Shown here: piece after piece, positions 49,401 through 59,733 of the stretch
How positions within the stretch are numbered: position 1 is the stretch's first letter
Layout of the letters: each line of letters opens with the position of its first letter
Assembly (NCBI RefSeq): GCF_023055435.1
Contig: NW_025964290.1
Span: forward strand, 310,001-374,000
Source: Haliotis rufescens
Lineage: Eukaryota
Direction: 5' to 3'
DNA: 64,000 nt
Program-made: the position numbers and the translations under genes
Notes under the pieces: generated by a model
What the model saw: the letters and a program-made list of their open reading frames with translations, nothing else
Told to the model about the DNA's origin: nothing
Databases searched by the model: none

Positions 49401-51294
49401 ATGTGCTAGTGATCAACTCCGCTGTTTACACAAGCTTTGTAGATTCCCCTCCAAACACTCGCGTGATAACCTCTATGTGTTAGTAATCAACTCCTCTCTT
49501 TTCACAAGCTTGATAGATTTCTCTCAAAACACTCTCGTGATAACCTCTATGTGTTAGTGATCAACTCCGCTGTTTACACAAGCTTGATAGATCCCCCTCC
49601 AAACACTCGCGTGATAACCTCTATGTGTTAGTAATCAACTCCTCTGTTTTCACAAGCTTGATAGATCCCCCTCCAAAGACTCACGTGATAACCTCTATGT
49701 GTTAGTGATCAACTCCGCTGTTCACACAAGGTTGATAGATTCTCCTCCAAATACTCACGTGATAACCTCTATGTGTTAGTGATCAACTCCTCTGTTTTCA
49801 CAAGCTTGATAGATTCCCCTCCAAACACTCTCGTGATAACCTCTATGTGTTAGTGATCAACTCTTCTGTTTACACAAGCTTGATAGATTCCCCTCCAAAC
49901 ACTCGCGTGATAACCTCTATGTGTTAGTGATCAACTCCTCTGTTTACACAAGCTTTGTAGATTCCCCTCCAAACACTCGCGTAATAACCTCTATTTGTTA
50001 GTGATCAACTACTCTATTTACACAAGCTTGATAGATTCCCCTCAAAACACTCTCGTGATAACCTCTATGTGTTAGTGATCAACTCCGCTGTTTACACAAG
50101 CTTGATAGATCCCCCTCCAAACACTCGCGTGATAACCTCTATGTGTTAGTAATCAACTCCTCTCTTTTCACAAGCTTGATAGATCCCCCTCCAAACACTC
50201 TCGTGATAACCTCTATGTGTTAGTGATCAACTCCGCTGTTTACACAAGGTTGATAGATTCTCCTCCAAATACTAACGTGATAACCTCTATGTGTTAGTGA
50301 TCAACTCCTCTCTTTTCACAAGCTTGATAGATTCCCATCAAAACACTCTCGTGATAACCTCTATGTGTTAGTGATCAACTCCGCGGTTTACACAAGCTTG
50401 ATAGATTCCCCTCCAAACACTCGCGTGATTACCTCTATGTGTTAGTGATCAACTCTTCTGTTTTCACAAGCTTGATAGATTCCCCTCCAAACACTCGCAT
50501 GATAACCTCTATGTTTTAATGACCAACTCCACTGTTTACACAAGCTTGATAGATTCCCCTCAAAACACTCGCGTGATAACCTCTATGTGTTAGTGATCAA
50601 CTCCTCTGTTTTCACAAGCTTGATAGATTCCCATCCAAACGCTCGCGTGATAACCTCTATGTTTTAATGACCATCTCCACTGTTTACACAAGCTTGATAG
50701 ATTTCCCTCAAAACACTCGCGTGATAACCTCTATGTGTTAGTGATCAACTCCTCTGTTTTCACAAGCTTGATAGATTCCCCTCCAAACACTCGCGTGATA
50801 ACCTCTATGTTTTAATGACCAACTCCACAGTTTACACAAGCTTGATAGATTCCCCTCAAAACACTCGCGTGATAACCTCTATGTGTTAGTGATCAACTCC
50901 GCTGTTTTCACAAGCTTGATAGATCCCCCTCCAAAGACTCACGTGATAACCTCTATGTGTTACTGATGAACTCCTCTGTTTTCACAAGCTTGATATATTC
51001 CCCTCAAAACACTCGCGTGATAACCTCTATGTGTTAGTGATCAACTCCTCTCTTTTCAATAGCTTAATAGATTCCCCTCCAAACACTCGCGTGATAACCT
51101 CTCTGTGTTAGTGATCAACTCCTCTGTTTACACAAGGTTGATAGATTCCCCTTAAAACACTCACGTGATAACCTCTATGTGTTAGTGATAACTCCTCTGT
51201 TTTCACTAGCTTGATAGATTCCCCTACAAACACTCGCGTGATAACCTCTATGTGTTAGTGATCAACTCCACTGTTTACACAAGCTTGATAGATT
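46460..51294. repeat. 74-bp satellite x~65
   Basis: GTGATAACCTCTATGTGTTAGTGATCAACTCCTCTGTTTTCACAAGCTTGATAGATTCCCCTCCAAACACTCGC. Confidence 0.98.
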
Positions 51295-52102
51295 ACAACC
51301 ACTGTACGGAATGATTCAGTGAATCCTCCTCAGTTCCAACCCCGTCAATCCAGACACTGTACTTTCAGGACGGATGCAGCGGACCAATTCTGAATCTAGT
51401 CGAAGAAACATTAGCCTTAATCTTTCACTGGAAACTTGTTCATCCTAATGCATCCACTATTACACAATCGCAACTCGCTACACACCCTACAGCATGGGAG
51501 CGTGCAGTGTTGTGGCGAGTTCAGGAAACAGGAAGTCTTGCTGCTGATTGATCGGGCGGGTGGGGTGTAATTAATTTAAGGGAAGTGATCACGAGACGTT
51601 ACACCACCCCCGGGGCAGACATTAAGACATGAGTACCCCTCGGGGAAACTCGAGAGGGACATGAAATAAAATAAATCTCCGACAACTCCGGCAGGGATCT
51701 TCACTCTGGATACCCAACTCTCAAGGTAGGTGGTCCCAGCCACTGGTTGGCATGCACGTGTAGTCTGTTGATTATGTACGAAACGATTGCTTCGTGCTGT
51801 TAATGGACAAGTAAATGTTATCTCTATATTTTACACACGACACCAGATGTACAGATGTGACGCTTACCCAATAAGTTTAGAATACATGTGAGTTTCCCGT
51901 GAAGATGGGATGACAGGTAAGTGCACATGGATGCACATGTCCCGCAAAGTAAGTTGGGTTTGCACATGGTGTGCGTTGAAACATTTCACCAAATAAGTTA
52001 ATTGCTGTGGTGCTATACCTAAACAGATATTTTGGAAAGACATTTAGAAGTGATACACATAAGGAAGAGAATTTATGGATGTCACACACTCGGCATTAGT
52101 TG

Positions 52103-52263
52103 CTTAAACCACTAGGCTACCCGACCTCCCCGCATGTCATCGTATCCCAATTGCGTGGATCGATGCTCATGATGTCAATCACTGGATTGTCTGGTCCAGA
52201 CTCGATCATTTACAGACAGCCGTCATTTAGCTGGAATATTGCTGAGTGCAAAGTTACACACAC

Positions 52264-52292
<29 letters not shown>
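52103..52292. mobile_element. SINE B head fragment (-) back-to-back with the 3' half of family A (+)
   Basis: CTTAAACCACTAGGCTACCCGACCTCCCC followed by GCATGTCATCGTATCCCAATTGCG...GCTGGAATATTGCTGAGTGC and an (AAAAC)n tail. Confidence 0.75.
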
Positions 52293-52295
<3 letters not shown>

Positions 52296-52428
52296 ATTAA
52301 AATTAAATATGTTACCCCTTTAATCTGTCATCTAAACATTGAAGGCACCAACTCTGTTTAACAGAGTATCCATAGTGCGACATGACCAAATCCCTTGTAC
52401 TCTCACAAAAACATCCTTCTATCAACAG

Positions 52429-52516
52429 ATGAAACTAGTAACGGGATTAACTCTCTGCCTGCTGCTGGCGACGGCCGCCGCCAGACCGTCCCGGGAAAAG
52501 AGGCAGCTGGCCAAAG
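52429..52516 (+). CDS. Secreted Met/Gly/Pro/Gln-rich repeat protein, coding exon 1 (signal peptide, REKR site)
   Basis: CAACAG|ATG; MKLVTGLTLCLLLATAAA-RPSREKRQLAK; donor AAAG|GTAACG, phase 1. Confidence 0.8.
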
Positions 52517-53162
52517 GTAACGCTCAAACACTCAACGTCGGGACGTCCTGTAAACCAGAGTCTTAAAGTCATCATCAAACGTTGCATATTTTCGAACAAA
52601 GTCCTTGTAGCAGCTATCTGTCGACAGCAACTTAACGCTAGTCGTATTGACGTTTCAGCGTAATGACGTTAACTATAACCGATGTCTTTGATGATGTTGT
52701 TACATCACTATTAGTTTTCAAATGTTTATTTCTTTACTAATAACATTGTAATACCGTAGACGATGACTTGTGGGTCTCTAGTCAGATGAGGAAGTGAGGT
52801 AAAGCGTGACCTGTCAATCAGATTTGAACTGTAATCAATTTCAAAGCGCCTCACCTTCGTGAGTCATGGGTTTGAGAGAAATCAATGTTTATTGCCACGT
52901 TGTATATGAAATATATATCCGCCTCCCGATATAGACAACATACACAATTCTCGTCCTCACTTCTGTGTCTATTTAGTCATTATGATGGAGATGAATAAAT
53001 ACATTGTAGTTTATTTCATACAAATAGTTATGATCGAGGGCGGGTTATTTCTGTGTGGTGTCCCGGATGTCTCAAGTGTGTGGGCCGATCCTAACTACCC
53101 ATGTCAAAGGTGACAGCCCTGGTTTAACATGTTGAATGTACGTTAAGTGTTTCTGTTTACAG

Positions 53163-53204
53163 AGAGCCCGTTTGTTGCCAGGAACCACAATGCTGAGACA
53201 ACAG
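53163..53204 (+). CDS. Secreted Met-rich protein, exon 2
   Basis: TTTCTGTTTACAG| 42 nt (ESPFVARNHNAETT) |GTAATC; phase 1-1. Confidence 0.7.
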
Positions 53205-53383
53205 GTAATCTCTCACAGTTCATATCACAAACATACTGGTTATGCCTCTACCCTCTGACTGTCACTGATTGTAATCCGTGCATGACGCAGAGTGAGTGAG
53301 TGAGTGAGTGAGTGAGTGAATGAAGTTTAACGTAGTTTTGAATGGTACTCCAGTTACATCACGGTGTTTCACCCTAATGGGGA

Positions 53384-54248
53384 GAGCCAGTACGTGCATG
53401 TCATTACCAGTGAAGATTATGTGAGGAAACACACGATACATCAGGAAGGGTAAGGGTGGGGCGAGCCAGTACGTGCATGTCATTACCAGTGAAGATTATG
53501 TGAGGAAACACACGATACAGCAGGAAGGGTAAGGTTTGGGAGAGCCAGTACGTGCATGTCATTACCAGTGAAGATTATGTGAGGAAACACACGATACAGC
53601 AGGAAGGGTAAGGTTTGGGCGAGCCAGTACGTGCATGTCATTACCAGTGAAGATTATGTGAGGAAACACACGATACAGCAGGAAGGGTAAGGTTTGGGCA
53701 AGCCAGTACGTGCATGTCATTACCAGTGAAGATTATGTGAGGAAACACACGATACAGCAGGAAGGGTAAGGGTGGGGAGAGCCAGTACGTGCATGTCATT
53801 ACCGGTGAAGATTATGTGAGGAAACACACGATACAGCAGGAAGGGTAAGGTTTGGGAGAGCCAGTACGTGCATGTCATTACCAGTGAAGATTATGTGAGG
53901 AAACACACGATACAGCAGGAAGGGTAAGGTTTGGGAGAGCCAGTACGTTCATGTCATTACCAGTGAAGATTATGTGAGGAAACACACGATACAGCAGGAA
54001 GGGTAAGGTTTGGGCGAGCCAGTACGTGCATGTCATTACCAGTGAAGATTATGTGAGGAAACACACGATACAGCAGGAAGGGTAAGGTTTGGGCGAGCCA
54101 GTACGTTCATGTCATTACCAGTGAAGATTATGTGAGGAAACACACGATACATCAGGAAGGGTAAGGTTTGGGAGAGCCAGTACGTGCATGTCATTACCAG
54201 TGAAGATTGTGTGAGGAGACACACGATACAGCAGGAAGGGTAAGGTTG
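53384..54248. repeat. 79-bp intronic minisatellite x11
   Basis: GAGCCAGTACGTGCATGTCATTACCAGTGAAGATTATGTGAGG...GGGTAAGGTTTGGGA. Confidence 0.96.
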
Positions 54249-54310
54249 AGGGGGATAACTGTCACTTGCTGGTCCTATCATAGAGTGCTCACCAACACCT
54301 TACATTTCAG

Positions 54311-55402
54311 ACGCCCCACAGACACCTGATTCATCCGCACCGAAGGTTCCTGCCAAGGAAGTTGTTCCTGGTCCGTTTGCCATGGGTGGTGCCCCAATGG
54401 GCTTTGGCATGGGGATGCCAGTGATGGGTGGTGCTCAGCGTCCCGGGATGCTGGAGGGAGGGTCCCCCATGGGGGAAGGTATGCCAGGACCACCCCAGGG
54501 AAATTTGTTTGGTGGGCCTCTGGGAATGTCAGGTGGGCCTCCGATGGGAGCAATGCCACCCCGGGGAACTGACCAGAACGGAACTGAGAATGGACTGCCG
54601 CCATCTTTGTTTGGAGAGCCAATTCAAATGCCACAAGGAATGCATATGATGCAAGGCCATGGTATGCCCCCTTCAATGATGGCCCAAGGAATGCAAGACA
54701 TGCCTCCTTCGATGATGGTCCAAGGAATGCAAGGCCATGGTATGCCCCCTTCAATGATGGCCCAAGGAATGCAAGGCCATGGTATGCCCCGCTCTATGAT
54801 GGCCCAAGGAATGCAAGGCCATGGTATGCCTCCTTCAATGATGGCCCAAGGAATGCAAGGCCATGGTATGCCCCCTTCAATGATGGCCCAAGGAATACAA
54901 GGTATGCCCCCTTCAATGATGGCCCAAGGAATGCAAGGCCATGGTATGCCCCCTTCAATGATGGCCCAAGGAATACAAGGTATGCCCCCTTCAATGATGG
55001 CCCAAGGAATGCAAGGCCATGGTATGCCCCCTTCAATGATGGCCCAAGGAATGCAAGGTATGCCCCCTTCAATGATGGCCCAAGGAATGCAAGGTATGTC
55101 CTCTCCTATGATGGCCCAAGGAATGCAAGCACAGGCCATGCCTACGAGAATGCCCGGACAACAACGTATGCCCGGTGTGCGAGGGGACATGTCTCCTATG
55201 ATGTTGCGTGCGCTGGCCAGACAAAGAGCCAGTCGCATGATGGCATCTGGTATGCCTCCTATGATGCGTCCTGGTATGCCTCATGCTGCGTCAGCTGAAG
55301 ACAAGGAAGGGAAGAAAGACCTGAAGACCCCACCCTCGGGGGTGCCACCCATGATGGCAATGCGTGGTCAGCCTAGGCCCCGGGCGATGCACCGGATGCA
55401 AG
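54311..55402 (+). CDS. Secreted Met-rich protein, exon 3 (GMPPSMMAQGMQ[GH] repeats)
   Basis: CATTTCAG| in frame with ORF 54382. About 12 repeats of 12/14 aa with unique Met/Pro/Gly-rich flanks. Donor CAAG|GTAAGC, phase 1. Confidence 0.85.
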
Positions 55403-55488
55403 GTAAGCATGGCAACCAGAAATATGGTCTATCTGGACACGTGTGTAGTTGCAGATACAGAAGCAAAATTTGTTATGATAATATTATA

Positions 55489-55749
55489 TGTGTCTGTAGG
55501 TTGACGTGTCTGTATGTTGACGTGTCTGTAGGTTGTCGTGTCTGTATGTTGACGTGTCTGTATGTTGACGTGTCTGTATGTTGACGTGTCTGTATGTTGA
55601 CGTGCCTGTAGGTTGTCGTGTCTGTAGGTTGACGTGTCTGTAGGTTGACGTGTCTGTAGGTTAACGTGTCTGTAGGTTGACGTGTCTGTAGGTTGACGTG
55701 TCTGTAGGTTGACGTGTCTGTAGGTTGACGTGTCTGTAGGTTGACGTGT
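55489..55749. repeat. 16-bp intronic tandem repeat x~16
   Basis: GTTGACGTGTCTGTAG units. Confidence 0.95.
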
Positions 55750-55758
55750 TCGTTTCAG

Positions 55759-55867
55759 GTCACGCCGACCCCCAGCTCACTGTGGAGAAATTGCTGGACT
55801 TCGAGAGTCAGATTGACGATATCAGAAAGGCCGTCCTCGGCAGCTTCTACACGGACCTGCTCCAGTT
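55759..55867 (+). CDS. Secreted Met-rich protein, exon 4
   Basis: TTCGTTTCAG| GHADPQLTVEKLLDFESQIDDIRKAVLGSFYTDLLQ |GTAAGT; phase 1-2. Confidence 0.8.
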
Positions 55868-55929
55868 GTAAGTTCTTCATGCCGCAGATCCGTCGGCTCT
55901 CGAGTTATAGCAAACCCTACATTGGAGGG

Positions 55930-56168
55930 GACCCGTGAAGATCCGGGGTAGAATAGGTCTTCAGCAACCCACGCTTGCCGTAAATGGCGACTGACGGGAT
56001 CAGATGATCAGGCTCGCTGACTTGGCTGATGCATGTCATCGTATCCCAATTGCGAAGATCGATGCTCATGATGTCAATCACTGGATTTTCTGGTCCAGAC
56101 TCTATTGTTTACAGACAGCCGTCATATAGCTTGAATATTGCTGAGTGCGGAGTTAAACAACAAACAAA
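55930..56168 (+). mobile_element. Short retroposon family A, full-length
   Basis: GACCCGTGAAGATCCGGGGTAGAATAGGTCTTCAGCAACCC start. Degenerate TSD CTACATTGGAGG / CTGCAGTGGAGG. Confidence 0.9.
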
Positions 56169-56477
56169 CTGCAGTGGAGGAAACTTTAGTCATGAGAACT
56201 TGACACGGTGCACTTCCTCGAGCGTGGTGCACGGAGATTATAACAGTAATTCATGCAGTCGGAGACGATAGTTGTTTTGTCTGACAGGGATGTGGTAAAA
56301 GTCAGAAGCACATACTGCCCACTGAAATGATACTTGAATTGTGGCCGATGTTTTTAGTAAGCGTCCACATAGAAATAAGAGGTTGTCATTATATACTGGT
56401 AGCTGAAAAGGAGAACCATCCGTCAGTACATCTGTACCCACACTGACACGTTTAGTCTCATTATTGTACAATCCCTT

Positions 56478-56730
56478 TTAGAACATGGTCAACTACAACA
56501 AATGCTATATTTGGGATAACACTTTCTTTGTAAAATTCTATTAATTATTTTAGTTGAGTCCCATCCGGGATTCGAACCCACACTTTCAGGATGAGGCACC
56601 TAATCGCCAGCACACTTGGCCACCGAGGCTTCCGTAAACGAAACTTCCTTTTTTTGTGGATGGGACTCGACCCAATGAAGTACTGCAATTTGAACTACGA
56701 AAGTGTTGTCCCAAATACAACACTTGTCAG
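56478..56730. mobile_element. tRNA-like Pol III cassette flanked by inverted arms
   Basis: Minus-strand TGGCCAAGTG and GGGTTCGAATCCC. GGATGGGACTC...GAAAGTGTTRTCCCAAATA is present in both orientations. A related arm lies at ~46350-46445. Confidence 0.6.
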
Positions 56731-56809
56731 TCGTGTTTCTTCAGTCATTGGCACCATGGCTACCGTGGACCTCGCCACTGGTTACACACTATCAGCTTCT
56801 CTCCTGTAG

Positions 56810-57165
56810 AACATGCTGTCGTTACTATATCCGCAATGCCTCCTCTTTCAACCGTGCTATCTCCAAGGTATACCACCTGAAGATGCTGTCCTTACTATAT
56901 CCACAATGCCTCCTCTTTCAGCCGTGCTATCTCCAAGGTATACCGCCGGAAGATGCTGTCCTTACTATATCCACAATGCCTCCTCTTTCAGGCGTGCTAT
57001 CTCCAAGGTATACCGCCTGAAGATGCTGTCCTTACTATATCCGCAATGCCTCCTCTTTCAGCCGTGCTATCGCCAAGGTATACCGCCTGAAGATGCTGTC
57101 GTTACTATATCCACAATGCCTCCTCTTTCAGCCGTGCTATCTCCAAGGTATACCGCCTGAAGATG
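56810..57165 (+). repeat. 70-bp tandem repeat x5 spanning an intron/exon junction
   Basis: AGATGCTGTCCTTACTATATCCACAATGCCTCCTCTTTCAG|CCGTGCTATCTCCAAGGTATACCGCCTGA. Confidence 0.95.
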
Positions 57166-57363
57166 ATGTCCAAGCTCGCCCTGGTCAAGGAGCTGGAGAG
57201 TAGGATCGCCATGCCCGTGAGGAACATCATGGCCGTGAAGAGTACCGAGGTCCACATGCCAGGGCAACCCCGTCACCAGCCACTGTTGCCATGGCAACCC
57301 CATACGATGGAAGGCATCACAGTGGAGGGCCCGGGGATGCCGCATGCCCAAAGACCTTTCTAG
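57132..57363 (+). CDS. Secreted Met-rich protein, terminal exon 5
   Basis: CCTCCTCTTTCAG| phase 2 gives F-RAISKVYRLKMMSKLALVKELESRIAMP...QRPF*. AATAAA at 57759-57764. Confidence 0.75.
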
Positions 57364-57983
57364 AAAACACTCAGCTATGGATTAACATGCTTCTAATCTC
57401 GAATCTTGTTGTTTCGAAATGAACGTTCGGTCCTGCTTAAATCTATGTTTGCTCTATGTGGAAAGGCTGGAATGGACTTCCTTGTATCACTGCGGGGCCG
57501 ACCAGAGATGCTGCTACACCACAGCTGTTGTTACTGTCAAGCTTCTCCGACATTTTATTTAAAAAACGCGCACAAGTATCCAACTAATTATTTCTGAAAC
57601 AGCATTTTTATATATTAAATATTGCCTCCTCTGTGTAAAGTATCATGTCATTTCGAGATATTAAAACAAGTGAACGTCCAGCTGTTGTGTTTCACTTCGT
57701 CATTGTCTAATTTATTCGCCTACAGTCGACTTCGGATATTACAAATTTGGATAAAACTAATAAAGGCACCAGCAGTGTCAACGAACGTTCTTGTTCGTGA
57801 TGATAACTTTATTTGACGGTAACGCTTCACGGCATCACCAACTACTGACGCCCGAGGTCTGACATAACCTGACCAGGCCACGTGACGGAGCATGACGTAG
57901 CAGTGAGCGGACACATGGTTTACGCGGCTTGTTTCAACAACATGTCAACCTGGGCCTCACTTGTACCACCCCGTGAACATACG

Positions 57984-58240
57984 ACATGTTTGTTGGTTTG
58001 TTTGTTGTTTGATGCCGCACTCAGCAATAGTCCAGCTATATGACGGCGGTCCGTGAACAAACGAATCCGGACCGGACAATCCAGTGATTGACATCATGAG
58101 CATCGATCCACGCAGTTGGGAAACGATGGATGACATGCATCAACCAAGTCAGCAAGCCTGTCCCCCCCGATCCCTGTAGTCGCCTCTTATGACAAGCGTG
58201 GGTCGTTGAAGATCAATTCTACCCCGGATCTTTACAGGTT
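57984..58240 (-). mobile_element. Short retroposon family A, full-length
   Basis: Reverse strand AACCTGTAAAGATCCGGGGTAGAATTGATCTTCAACGACCC. Perfect 11-bp TSD GTGAACATACG at 57973-57983 and 58241-58251. Confidence 0.92.
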
Positions 58241-58418
58241 GTGAACATACGGGTTGGTAGTGGACTTCAGTAGCCAACCAGGGTGTCAGTTCGCGGACTT
58301 GGACGATGCATGACATCGTATCCCGGCTTTTTACATCAATCACGGGATTATCGTGGAATGCGTTTTTAGAAAATTATACTGACACCTTCTCTGTTTTTGT
58401 GATAATGAAAAGAAAATT

Positions 58419-59247
58419 CCCATGCTGTATTGACGATGTATTGACTTCCTGGCTGTATTGGTGATATACAAAAGTGACAGCCTGGCTGTATTGACGATGT
58501 ACTGGAGTGCCTCCCATGCTGTATTGACGATGTACTGGAGTGCCTCCCATGCTGTATTGACGGTGTACCGGAGTGCCTCCGATGCTGTATTGACGATGCA
58601 CCGGAGCGCCTCCCTTGCTGTATTGACGATGTACCGGAGTGCCTCCCATGCTGTATTGACGATGTACTGGAGTGCCTCCCATGCTGTATTGACGGTGTAC
58701 TGGAGTACCTCCCATGCTGTATTGACGATGTACCGGAGTGCCTCCGATGCTGTATTGACGATGTACTGGAGTGCCTCCCATGCTGTATTGACGATGTACT
58801 GGAGTGCCTCCCATGCTGTATTGACGATGTACTGGAGTGCCTCCCATGCTGTATTGACGATGTACCGGAGTGCCTCCCATGCTGTATTGACGATGTATTG
58901 ACTTCCTGGCTGTATTGACGATATACTGGAGTGCCTCTGATGCTGTATTGACGTTGTACTGGAGTGCCTCCCATGCTGTATTGACGATGTACCGGAGTGC
59001 CTCCCATGCTGTATTGACGATGTATTGACTTCCTGGCTGTATTGACGATGTACTGGAGTGCCTCCCATGCTGTATTGACGATGTACCGGAGTGCCTCCCA
59101 TGCTGTATTGACGATGTACTGGAGTGCCTCCCATGCTGTATTGACGATGTACTGGAGTGCCTCCCATGCTGTATTGACGATGTATTGACTTCCTGGCTGT
59201 ATTAACGATATACTGGAGTGTCTCTGATGCTGTATTGACGATGTACC
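58419..59247. repeat. 33-bp minisatellite x~25
   Basis: CATGCTGTATTGACGATGTACTGGAGTGCCTCC with periodic shorter variants. Confidence 0.96.
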
Positions 59248-59383
59248 TAGCAATATTTCAAGCTCGGTTCCAGTGAGCTGTCCAATGTAGCTTGTCTTGT
59301 AGTTGGTCCTGAGCCGGGGCCTGGGCTGCTCTCGCCGTCTTTGCTCAGTATAACAACCAATGAGACGTACACTAAGACTCCTG

Positions 59384-59490
59384 GTCCCACTTGCACAAAG
59401 CGATCTTAGCGCTACAACTACCGTAAGCCTATGTTAAAGCATGGGAGTTACGATCATCTTAGCGCTAAGATCGCTCTGTGCAAGTGGGCC
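59384..59490. mobile_element. 107-bp hairpin MITE (PIF/Harbinger-like)
   Basis: TIRs GTCCCACTTGCACAAAGCGATCTTAGCGCT / AGCGCTAAGATCGCTCTGTGCAAGTGGGCC; CTG TSD. Confidence 0.8.
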
Positions 59491-59733
59491 CTGTTCTCAG
59501 TGCCAGGCTTGCGCCTCGCGAAACGCATGACTGACCGTCGTCGTCCCCTGTCACTCATAAATGATACGTCGCCAGGAAACGTCGCCAGAAAACACCCAAC
59601 ATGTCCTCTATACGTCTCCAAAACGCAGCCCATGTTCTTCTTGATTACCACGGTGACTTACGAGGTTTTGTTTGTTGTTTTAACAGCTCAAAGCAGTAAT
59701 TTCGACGGTGACAGGTTACGTCTGTAACACGCG

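Noticed and set aside
51840-51922. Strong donor CAG|GTAAGT as a 5' UTR exon of the secreted-protein gene (similarly AAG|GTGAGA at 4523 for GCNT)
   Set aside because: Plausible but unsupported without transcripts, so not called.
53384-54248. 39-nt pseudo-exon (CAG|...|GTAAGG) in each 79-bp unit as a cassette-exon array
   Set aside because: It has an in-frame TGA in the required phase, a weak pyrimidine tract and only 40-nt spacing between units.
58340-59253. MGGTPVHRQYS / YIVNTAWEAL ORFs and the short ORFs in 61058-63843
   Set aside because: Multi-frame translations of minisatellites.
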